NCBI GenBank assembly: GCA_903900685.1 | Contig: CAIUOC010000086.1 | Location: 1 to 52,835 of the forward strand | Length of the DNA: 52,835 bases | From: an uncultured Candidatus Saccharibacteria bacterium | GTDB taxonomy: Bacteria > Patescibacteriota > Saccharimonadia > Saccharimonadales > UBA4665 | Direction: 5' to 3' | Shown: positions 19,905 through 27,590 of the stretch, in pieces | Numbering within the stretch: position 1 is the first letter of the stretch | Layout of the letters: every line of letters begins with the position of its first letter | The notes under the pieces: generated by a model | What the model saw: the letters and a program-made list of their open reading frames with translations, nothing else | The model's database searches: none | What the model was told of the DNA's origin: nothing | Made by a program: the position numbers and the translations under genes

Positions 19905-21305
19905 TTATCTTTGAAATAATTTATACATTTTTAGCTTTTCTGGAATCTTATTTACGTAAGGTATGTATGGGAAAGCGATGAGAAGAAGTATGAATAGTCC
20001 AATTAGTACTGCTGTATCTCTATCTCCATTGGAGTCATTCTTGAAAATGGTATGAACTGCCAATCCGATTGGAGCTAACCACCAGGCACCAACAGGATTT
20101 TTACTACTTTCTTCATGGAGCATTCCGTATTGATCTGTTGTCAGATTTAGCGTAGTTGCCTTTTCTTCAAGTACACCAGTGTCTGCTAAGAATCTAAGTA
20201 CGTAAGTTGTATGATTCCCGGTAGCAAAGGTATCGTTAGAATTTGCTATATTCTGCTCATATAGTCCTGTTGCTGCCATTTGAACAAGAGAGTTGATAAG
20301 ATCATGGGTTGGAGTTTTAGGAGCTGTTAGATTTGAGCTATCCTCGTAATATTTAACTAGCTGACTAATTTGACTGGTTTTTGTGTCTTCAGGTAAATTG
20401 TTAAAGACTGTAAGCTGGTTTTTAATTTGCGGATTTATAGTCAGTAAAGTTTTATATGGATTATCTATGTAAATATTCTTTGTGCTAAAAGTATAGGGAT
20501 TGATACTGTCCATATAATTAGCAGTATCTGATGAGCTATTTAATTCAGCAGTCAGTGTCTTTCCAAGTAAAGATGGGTCTGAAATAGCAATTTCCTTGAT
20601 TGTAACTGGCTTTAGGAATGGCGATGGGAAGATTATAGCTAAGGCAACTATAACAATAATTAGGATTCCACCCCTTTTAAATAGCAATCCATGATTAGCA
20701 GGAACTGTTTTTGCTATATTTTTATTAGCCCTTTTAGGATTTGATAGTCCTAATAGTCGAACTAAAGAATAGTGAACCAACAGAATGAGGCCTATTATTG
20801 CTGGAATAATGACGATATGAAAGCCATACATCTGTTTGTAGTTTAGTGTATCTATTAATTTACCCAAATAGCTTCCGTTATAAAAATCTGCACCTTGCAA
20901 GCTTCGCCACTGCGAAGAGTAATCACCTCTTAATACGTAACCGAACTCAGTTTCAGCCATTACGAATACAAACATAAGTACACCTAATATCCAGACTAAT
21001 GTCCTGGGCTTTTTGTAGCCAGAAGTAGAGAAAACTACAAATAAGTGCAATATTATGAATAGCACAAATGCTTGAGTTGACCAAAGATGAACACTTCTAA
21101 AGAAAACACCAACTGGATTAATAAGCCACCAATTTGGCCCAAATATTATCATGATAATACCAGTCAAAAGTAGCAGAATAAATGAAATCATAGACAAAAA
21201 ACCCAGTGAATAGAAGAACTTATTGCCAAACTCCGGTACTTTTTGAATCATTAAGATAGATAATTTATTGAGAGCAGAAATGTTATTTTTGTTTTTCTTA
21301 AGCAT
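19905..21305 (-). CDS. Cytochrome b/b6 N-terminal-domain-like membrane protein with long C-terminal extension
   Basis: Helix-B-like FFRSVH-x13-HLF and helix-D-like GFH-x14-HYS histidine pairs. Between them lies the PRTLVWILGV...EFGYVL segment resembling the cytochrome b 'prexxW..Gv...f.GY.L' region. A further TM, about 190 aa of soluble region and a C-terminal TM follow. Confidence 0.55.
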   Translation of the reverse strand: MLKKNKNNISALNKLSILMIQKVPEFGNKFFYSLGFLSMISFILLLLTGIIMIIFGPNWWLINPVGVFFRSVHLWSTQAFVLFIILHLFVVFSTSGYKKPRTLVWILGVLMFVFVMAETEFGYVLRGDYSSQWRSLQGADFYNGSYLGKLIDTLNYKQMYGFHIVIIPAIIGLILLVHYSLVRLLGLSNPKRANKNIAKTVPANHGLLFKRGGILIIVIVALAIIFPSPFLKPVTIKEIAISDPSLLGKTLTAELNSSSDTANYMDSINPYTFSTKNIYIDNPYKTLLTINPQIKNQLTVFNNLPEDTKTSQISQLVKYYEDSSNLTAPKTPTHDLINSLVQMAATGLYEQNIANSNDTFATGNHTTYVLRFLADTGVLEEKATTLNLTTDQYGMLHEESSKNPVGAWWLAPIGLAVHTIFKNDSNGDRDTAVLIGLFILLLIAFPYIPYVNKIPEKLKMYKLFQR

Positions 21306-21404
21306 AATGGGCAGTATACTCCTTTTTTAAGACTTGTATTTTTTATTATGAATTCAATCAATAGATAATTATTGCTAATCTATCTCATATGATTAAATAT
21401 ACTG

Positions 21405-22001
21405 ATGAAGTTACAAATACTTATAATACATGGCGGCAATACTTTTGCTAATCATTCGGATTACATAGACCACATTAAGAATATTGAGATAGATAAGACA
21501 CGGCTTTATTCTACTATTGAATGGAAGCAGACTATTCCCAACAGACTAGGTGTTAATTATGAAGTATTGAATCCTAGAATGCCTAATGCTTCGTACGCTC
21601 GATATGATGAGTGGAAATTATATTTTGAAGCTGTAACTAAAGTACTTGATAATAATGTTATTTTAATTGGTCATTCACTCGGTGGAATATTTTTAGCTAA
21701 ATACTTATCTGAAAACAAATTTCCTAAAATTATTGACGCCTTATTTCTTTTAGCTGCACCATTCGAAGAAAACGGAGAGAGCCTGGGGGATTTTAAGCTC
21801 GGTACTAATTTTGATAAATTGAATAAGCAGGTTAAAAAAATCTACATACTGCACTCAGAAGATGACCCGGTAGTGCCTATCACTGATTCAGACAAGTATA
21901 TTTCTGCACTTCCATCAGCAGAACTCGTAATATTCCATGATAAAGGTCATTTTAACACTGAAGAATTTAGCGGTCTTGTCTATTTAATTAAAGATCTATA
22001 G
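21405..22001 (+). CDS. Alpha/beta-fold serine hydrolase (YdeN/RBBP9-like)
   Basis: ILIIHGG..., GHSLGG nucleophile elbow, HSEDDPVVP (Asp), KGHF (His); 198 aa. Confidence 0.6.
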   Translation: MKLQILIIHGGNTFANHSDYIDHIKNIEIDKTRLYSTIEWKQTIPNRLGVNYEVLNPRMPNASYARYDEWKLYFEAVTKVLDNNVILIGHSLGGIFLAKYLSENKFPKIIDALFLLAAPFEENGESLGDFKLGTNFDKLNKQVKKIYILHSEDDPVVPITDSDKYISALPSAELVIFHDKGHFNTEEFSGLVYLIKDL

Positions 22002-22541
22002 TTTAGAGTACCACTTAGCAAATTCGTAATAAATCAGTTCGTCTGGTTTTTCAGCTAGGTCACCATCGTCATGATGCTCAGCTAGTGTTTTTCCGTTTAG
22101 CACAACTACCTGTTCAATCGAATTTCCCTTACCTTTTGGTTCCATTACAAATTCACAAGGTATCTCTTTGGAAAAAACTTTCATGCCATTTTTATCTATA
22201 TATACAGTACAGTCAGTTATTATAATTGACTTATCTTTTTTATCTTTCATGAGATTGATAAAATCTCGGCTTTCAAGCCATTCTGAAACATCTTTCATAT
22301 AGCCCCCGGGAAAGCCATTAAGAGCAGTTATAGACCAAAACGCATCGTTTACTATCAAAGGTTCCTTAATTGCATTAAATGCGTCCCTAGCCTTCTGCTT
22401 GGTAATATTGATTGGGTCATGATCTTGAATTTCATTTATAAATACGGATTTAGGTTCTACATTTATATCGAAGAGATCACAGCTAGATCTGGCTTCTCGT
22501 ATCTTTCTTTGATTGCCTGTTAAAAATATAATATTCTTCAT
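21996..22541 (-). CDS. Ham1/ITPase-family non-canonical purine NTP pyrophosphatase-like
   Basis: IIFLTGNQRKIREA N-terminus and ALNGFPGGY motif, typical of the Ham1/RdgB family. Confidence 0.6.
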   Translation of the reverse strand: MKNIIFLTGNQRKIREARSSCDLFDINVEPKSVFINEIQDHDPINITKQKARDAFNAIKEPLIVNDAFWSITALNGFPGGYMKDVSEWLESRDFINLMKDKKDKSIIITDCTVYIDKNGMKVFSKEIPCEFVMEPKGKGNSIEQVVVLNGKTLAEHHDDGDLAEKPDELIYYEFAKWYSKL

Positions 22542-22602
22542 GAGTATTTCATCCTAAAAAATATTATATAACATATTTATCATTTTGAACTATAATAGCT
22601 CT

Positions 22603-22986
22603 ATGGCTAGATGTGCTTTTGGAATTATTAGGAATAAAGAAGGTAAAATATTGCTTGTTCAAATTGCGCCTCCTTTTAGTGAGCATCATAAATGGAACTT
22701 CCCAGGTGGTGTTATTGAAGAATATGAAGAATTAGAAATAGGACTTGCCCGAGAAGTATTAGAAGAGACAAATATTGTCTGTGAAATTACAGAAATGATC
22801 GATAAATTTTCCACTGATAATCCAGAAAATGATATCCATATCTTCAACGGAAACTACACCTCCGGTAAAATTGAACCAGATACATATGAAGTTCTCCAGG
22901 CCAAATGGTATTCGATATTAGAAGCACTAGAGCTTCCAATGGCCCATAATTCTAAAACATATATAGAAAAATTAAGTAGGCTGTAA
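22603..22986 (+). CDS. NUDIX hydrolase
   Basis: Nudix box GGVIEEYEELEIGLAREVLEETNI. ATG at 22603 is preferred over the track's TTG at 22585 because TATAAT (22591-22596) sits 6 nt upstream of it. Confidence 0.75.
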   Translation: MARCAFGIIRNKEGKILLVQIAPPFSEHHKWNFPGGVIEEYEELEIGLAREVLEETNIVCEITEMIDKFSTDNPENDIHIFNGNYTSGKIEPDTYEVLQAKWYSILEALELPMAHNSKTYIEKLSRL

Positions 22987-22993
22987 TTATCTG

Positions 22994-23506
22994 ATGAAAA
23001 AGATAACAACTAATGAATTGACTGAAAGGTTAAAAGCCGGAAAAATTAAACCGCGACTTCGTAGTAAGCTTCGATTTAATCCTGATAATATTGAAAATTG
23101 GGAAGATATGGAATTTATCGCCGTATTTGATCAGAATCATAAAGAAGGAGTTATATTACTAGATAATTCTAATCATTCATATGTAATACCTTTTAACTTA
23201 ACAACTGGACTTACTAATAAGAGTACGGGAAGATCAAACGCTATTACTTGTGATTTTTGTACTACATGGCAGATTGGCAAAAGAGCTGCTAGTATAACAA
23301 TTATTAATCCTACCGAACCTAATCGGACATTTGGTTTTCTTTGTTGTACAGATCTTGATTGCAGCTCTCACGTAAGAAATAAAACTGCTGAATCGGTATT
23401 ATCTAGAACTCAGTTAAGAGAAGACCTAACCGTAAATGATAGAATAGTTAGATTAAAGAAAAATCTAATTAAAATTATTGAAAACACTAATATTCAATCT
23501 CTTTAA
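22994..23506 (+). CDS. FBP-like protein with C-terminal treble-clef zinc-finger pattern
   Basis: CDFC...x(27)...CCTDLDCSSHVR cysteine pattern, recalled from the FBP_C family. Family assignment rests on memory only. Confidence 0.45.
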   Translation: MKKITTNELTERLKAGKIKPRLRSKLRFNPDNIENWEDMEFIAVFDQNHKEGVILLDNSNHSYVIPFNLTTGLTNKSTGRSNAITCDFCTTWQIGKRAASITIINPTEPNRTFGFLCCTDLDCSSHVRNKTAESVLSRTQLREDLTVNDRIVRLKKNLIKIIENTNIQSL

Positions 23507-23533
23507 ATTTATTAGTGTTACAATTATCTCAAT

Positions 23534-24013
23534 ATGAAGACAGAAGAAAACGTTACATATAGAGCATCGATTGGTGCATTAATAGTTGACTCAAGAAAGA
23601 GATTTTTATTGACTGAATTAACAGACGCAAAACCTAAAGAATGCGATTTTGTTAAAGGTGGAAGACGAATCGGAGAAACCGAGTTACAAACACTCCATCG
23701 TGAAATAGGAGAAGAACTTGGTAATGATTTTGAATATGAAGTTATTGAAAAAAGTAATTGGAATGTAATTTATGAATGGCCAAAAGAACTCCAAGATAAA
23801 TTAGGATATTACGGACAAGCAAGAACTAGTTATTGGGTAAGGTATAAAGCTGGAGATATAAAATTGGATTCAACTGAATTAAGAAAATCATACTGGGTTG
23901 ATGAGTATGATTTAGCAGGTTGTCTTTTGGGGTTATTTTCAGAGGGTTATATTAAATCACTCTCTCTTGAGTGGGAAATTATAAAAAATAATCATTCTGA
24001 GTTATTTAATTAG
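23534..24013 (+). CDS. NUDIX hydrolase
   Basis: Nudix box GGRRIGETELQTLHREIGEELG. Confidence 0.7.
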   Translation: MKTEENVTYRASIGALIVDSRKRFLLTELTDAKPKECDFVKGGRRIGETELQTLHREIGEELGNDFEYEVIEKSNWNVIYEWPKELQDKLGYYGQARTSYWVRYKAGDIKLDSTELRKSYWVDEYDLAGCLLGLFSEGYIKSLSLEWEIIKNNHSELFN

Positions 24014-25237
24014 TAGATATCTATATTTTCTTAATAGATAAAAAGAGCCAGTTATTATGAGTAATTCATCATCTGATTTTAATAGTTCGGCTAACGCAGA
24101 TAATGGATCGGCAATAAATGTAATTTTTATCTTATTTGTTGATTTATTTGAGTTATAGAACTTGTCTTTTAGCTGATTATTATCCAAGTCCAGCAACGTA
24201 GTAATTATTAAATTATTCGATAACTGAAGAATTGATAAAATAATTTCATTATTTTTGAGCAAATCATCTGAATCTAGAGTAAGAAGAACTCTCATAGATT
24301 TACCTGGATATATTTTCTCTATATCATGAACTAAAGTTCTAATTTTCTGAAGATTATGTGCCCCGTCTAATATAACTGTTTTTTTATTATCTTTAATTAC
24401 TTCAAATCTTCCAGGAATTATAATACTTGCAGCTTTTTCTAATTGTAATTTATTCAGTTCAGCCTTATTATTTTCAACTATAATATTGCTAACTAAAGAG
24501 TTTGCAAGTATAAAATTTCTTTTTTGGAAATCATTTAGCGGTAAAGCGTATTTTCTTTCTTTTGGATGATAGACTGAGGCATTATTTAATTTAGCCACTT
24601 TTTGGATTATGTTGTTTATCTCATTGCTCTGTTTATAGCAGAATACTTTACTATTCTTTGTAATAATACCAGCTTTTTGCTTAGTTATTTGAGCTATGGT
24701 ATTACCCAGTAATTTAGTATGGTCTAAACCAATATCTGTAATTACACAAATTTTATTTGGATTATCGACTACATTCGTTCCATCAAGCAATCCACCAATA
24801 CCTACTTCAATAACTGCATAATCTACATTTTGTTTATTGAAATACCAAAATGCCATGGCTATTAAAAATTCATAATATGTTATCTTTTCATCAAAAGTAT
24901 TTATAAGTTCAATAAATTCGTTGAAAGCTTTTATATAATCCGTTTCATTCAGCGGTGTAAGGTTTATCTGTAGTCTTTCATTAATCTCATCAATGTGTGG
25001 CGATATAGACATTCCAGTTGAGTATCCAGCTTGTTTAAGAAGTGAGGCTATATAGTAACTAGTTGATGTTTTGCCCGATGTTCCAGCAACGTGAATAATT
25101 TTGATTTTATTTTGAGGATTGCCCAGAAACTTCATCAAGTCTTTCATGCATTTCAGATTATATGGCTGGGTAGTTGTTGTATGTTTAAATCTTCTCAGGT
25201 ATTTATCTATATCTTTAAAGTTATTTATATCCTTCAT
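24002..25237 (-). CDS. folC: Folylpolyglutamate synthase/dihydrofolate synthase family (Mur ligase fold)
   Basis: P-loop HVAGTSGKTSTS, EVGIGGLLD, DGAHN motifs; 411 aa. Confidence 0.8.
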   Translation of the reverse strand: MKDINNFKDIDKYLRRFKHTTTTQPYNLKCMKDLMKFLGNPQNKIKIIHVAGTSGKTSTSYYIASLLKQAGYSTGMSISPHIDEINERLQINLTPLNETDYIKAFNEFIELINTFDEKITYYEFLIAMAFWYFNKQNVDYAVIEVGIGGLLDGTNVVDNPNKICVITDIGLDHTKLLGNTIAQITKQKAGIITKNSKVFCYKQSNEINNIIQKVAKLNNASVYHPKERKYALPLNDFQKRNFILANSLVSNIIVENNKAELNKLQLEKAASIIIPGRFEVIKDNKKTVILDGAHNLQKIRTLVHDIEKIYPGKSMRVLLTLDSDDLLKNNEIILSILQLSNNLIITTLLDLDNNQLKDKFYNSNKSTNKIKITFIADPLSALAELLKSDDELLIITGSFYLLRKYRYLLIK

Positions 25238-25342
25238 ATCTAGGATATTATCCTAATTTTATTAGAATGCGCAATATATATAATGGAAAATTTCATCTAA
25301 TCAATTCAATATGTAATAATTGGAATTAGGACATATTTAAAT

Positions 25343-26095
25343 ATGAATAATATTATACAGATAAAAACATTACCTAAAGTCCCATATATAGATAATGGAG
25401 ATAATATTGCTGATATAATTATTGCTTCTGCTGATATAGCCAAAATAACTTTTAAAGAAAATGACATATTGTGCGTGTCTTCAAAGGCAGTGTCCATTTC
25501 TGAAGGCAGAATAATGTCTTTAAATGATGTAGTTGTTAGTGATGTAGCAAATAAAATCCATAAAAAAATTCCTCGTAAAGATCCTAGAACAATTCAGGCA
25601 ATAATAGATGAGACCGGTTCTCCGGATGGAAGTCGAATAGATCTAGATATTAACTATATAGCAGGCTGGCTACCTAATGGGTTAAGGTTAACAAGTTCAG
25701 GTGTTGATAAGAAAAACTCAGACGAGGTAATATTACTGCCAAAAAATCCAGATAAAAGTGCCAGGGAGATTGGTGAAAAAATTCATTCTGTATTTGGAGT
25801 AAAGGTAGCAGTTATTATAACGGATAGTGATGGTCGTGTTGAGAAGCGTGGAGCTACGCAGCTTGCAATAGGATTATATGGAATACCGCCTATCAGGTAT
25901 GCTGAGTCAAAAGATGAAGAAGGAAAGATAAATAAATCCGAGGAAACAATTTCGGATATGTTAGCTGCTTCTGCAGGGCTTATTATGGGCCAAAGAGGAA
26001 CAAATAAACCAGTTGTTATAATCAGTGGATTTGAATTCGAATTTGATGATAAAAGTACAATTTTAGAATCACTTAGTAGGGCTAATCTTGTATAG
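25343..26095 (+). CDS. CofE-like (F420-0:gamma-glutamyl ligase family) protein
   Basis: DILCVSSKAVSISEGR and ITDSDGRVEKRGATQLAIG resemble the F420_ligase family core. Confidence 0.55.
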   Translation: MNNIIQIKTLPKVPYIDNGDNIADIIIASADIAKITFKENDILCVSSKAVSISEGRIMSLNDVVVSDVANKIHKKIPRKDPRTIQAIIDETGSPDGSRIDLDINYIAGWLPNGLRLTSSGVDKKNSDEVILLPKNPDKSAREIGEKIHSVFGVKVAVIITDSDGRVEKRGATQLAIGLYGIPPIRYAESKDEEGKINKSEETISDMLAASAGLIMGQRGTNKPVVIISGFEFEFDDKSTILESLSRANLV

Positions 26096-26618
26096 ATGTA
26101 ATATAGTCTAAAATCTCTTCAAAATTATCATAATTATGATGAATATTTCTTACTTCTTCCGTAGGGATAAACATACGTTCTGAAACTTCATGCATTGGAA
26201 CAAAGTCATTAACCTTAATAGCATCAGCAATATAAAGTAACTGATAGCCTTCATCGGGATATTTCTTATTAGATTCTAGGTTTTTTAATTTTTTTGTCTT
26301 CCAATAGCCAATTAGTTTAAGATTACTTATTTCAACATTTGCTTCTTCAATACATTCTCTCCTTAAGCATTCTTCTGGGGATTCATTTGCTTCTATATGA
26401 CCACCCGGTAGTCCCCAGCCACGTATTGGTTTAGTGAGTAGTAAATTACCGTTATTGAATACTGCGCCCATTACAGAAGTTATATTGTCTGTGTTATCGG
26501 GCAAAGATTGAGAAATATGAAATTGAACTTCTGTAGAATTATCCTCGCCCCAGTAATTGACATTAAACTTCATAAACTCCATAAACTCCATCGAACCATA
26601 ATAATTATATTTTTTCAT
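26082..26618 (-). CDS. NUDIX hydrolase
   Basis: Nudix box GGHIEANESPEECLRRECIEEANV. Confidence 0.75.
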   Translation of the reverse strand: MKKYNYYGSMEFMEFMKFNVNYWGEDNSTEVQFHISQSLPDNTDNITSVMGAVFNNGNLLLTKPIRGWGLPGGHIEANESPEECLRRECIEEANVEISNLKLIGYWKTKKLKNLESNKKYPDEGYQLLYIADAIKVNDFVPMHEVSERMFIPTEEVRNIHHNYDNFEEILDYITSIQD

Positions 26619-26630
26619 AGTACTGAGTTA

Positions 26631-26659
26631 TTGACAAATTTACAATGCTATTCTATAGT
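26631..26659 (+). promoter_or_regulatory. Sigma-70-type promoter (TTGACA-17 nt-TATAGT)
   Basis: TTGACA at 26631-26636, 17-nt spacer, TATAGT at 26654-26659. ATG at 26666 lies 6 nt downstream of the -10. Confidence 0.5.
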
Positions 26660-26665
26660 TTTAGC

Positions 26666-26737
26666 ATGAGTTCAATAATTATAAACTCAACATATTATGT
26701 CCGCATTTATCTGGCGGACTATTATTCTGTATCATAA
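26666..26737 (+). CDS. Candidate Tyr-rich leader peptide (23 aa, MSSIIINSTYYVRIYLADYYSVS)
   Basis: ATG at 26666 to TAA at 26735-26737. Five TAT codons among 23. No SD, which is leaderless geometry. Overlaps the hairpin GTCCGC/GCGGAC. Confidence 0.4.
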   Translation: MSSIIINSTYYVRIYLADYYSVS

Positions 26738-26760
26738 TAAATATAAATGAATCGAGACTT

Positions 26761-26783
26761 AACCGCCAAAAAGGCGGTTTTTT
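26761..26783 (+). terminator. Rho-independent terminator (AACCGCC-AAAAA-GGCGGTT + T-run)
   Basis: 7-bp GC-rich stem, 5-nt loop, then T-run to 26783. No upstream plus-strand gene it could serve. Lies 24 nt before the tyrA-like ATG region. Confidence 0.6.
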
Positions 26784-26807
26784 AATTTAACAAGTAAAGG
26801 AAAAGGA

Positions 26808-27539
26808 ATGAATAAAAATACTAAATTTGGAGTTATAGGGTTTGGAGAATTTGGGAAGTTAGTCGTACATAAGCTATTACCAACAGAATCTAAAATATTC
26901 GTAAATGATAAAAATAAATCACTGAATTTAAAAAGCAATATAAAGTTTGATGATCTTAGGACTGTTTGTTCTGCTAACGTAATAATACTAGCTGTACCAT
27001 TTGATGCCTATATCGATCTACTCCCTAAGATAGCTAAACTAATCAATAAAGATACGCTTGTTGTTGATGTTTGTTCTGTGAAAATTGAGCCTCATGAGCT
27101 ATTTAAGATAAATGGGTTATTTAATCGGAATAACATACTCATGACCCACCCTCTTTTTGGTCCACAGTCATCAGTCAATGGAGTGGCAGACATGGACATA
27201 GTCATAACCAAACAATCCGGTGAATTATCTAGACAACTTATCAATTTTTGGCAGAGTATTGGATTAAAAACTACTCATTTGTCTGCAGATAAACATGATT
27301 TTGAAATGGCAAGAGTGCACGCTTTAACTTCATTTGTTGGTCGGACACTGTTAAATATGGATATTAAGGACTCATCAGTACCAACTAATTATTTTATTCA
27401 ACTACTTTCACTTATTGATGTTGAGCAGCATCATAGCAAAAAGTTATTTGAAACCATACAAAGACATAATCCATATGCTAGAGATATTAGAAAAAAGTTT
27501 ATCGAAGCTGCAATTTCACTCGATAAATCTATTCAATAG
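26808..27539 (+). CDS. tyrA: Prephenate/arogenate dehydrogenase family protein
   Basis: FGVIGFGEFGK (NAD fold), DVCSVK, THPLFGP, HDFEMARVHALT, NPYA motifs of the PDH family. RBS AAAGGAAAAGGA. Confidence 0.7.
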   Translation: MNKNTKFGVIGFGEFGKLVVHKLLPTESKIFVNDKNKSLNLKSNIKFDDLRTVCSANVIILAVPFDAYIDLLPKIAKLINKDTLVVDVCSVKIEPHELFKINGLFNRNNILMTHPLFGPQSSVNGVADMDIVITKQSGELSRQLINFWQSIGLKTTHLSADKHDFEMARVHALTSFVGRTLLNMDIKDSSVPTNYFIQLLSLIDVEQHHSKKLFETIQRHNPYARDIRKKFIEAAISLDKSIQ

Positions 27540-27590
27540 CTTTAATGTTTATGACAGCTAAAAACTTGAGAACTGATATAATCTAATCAT

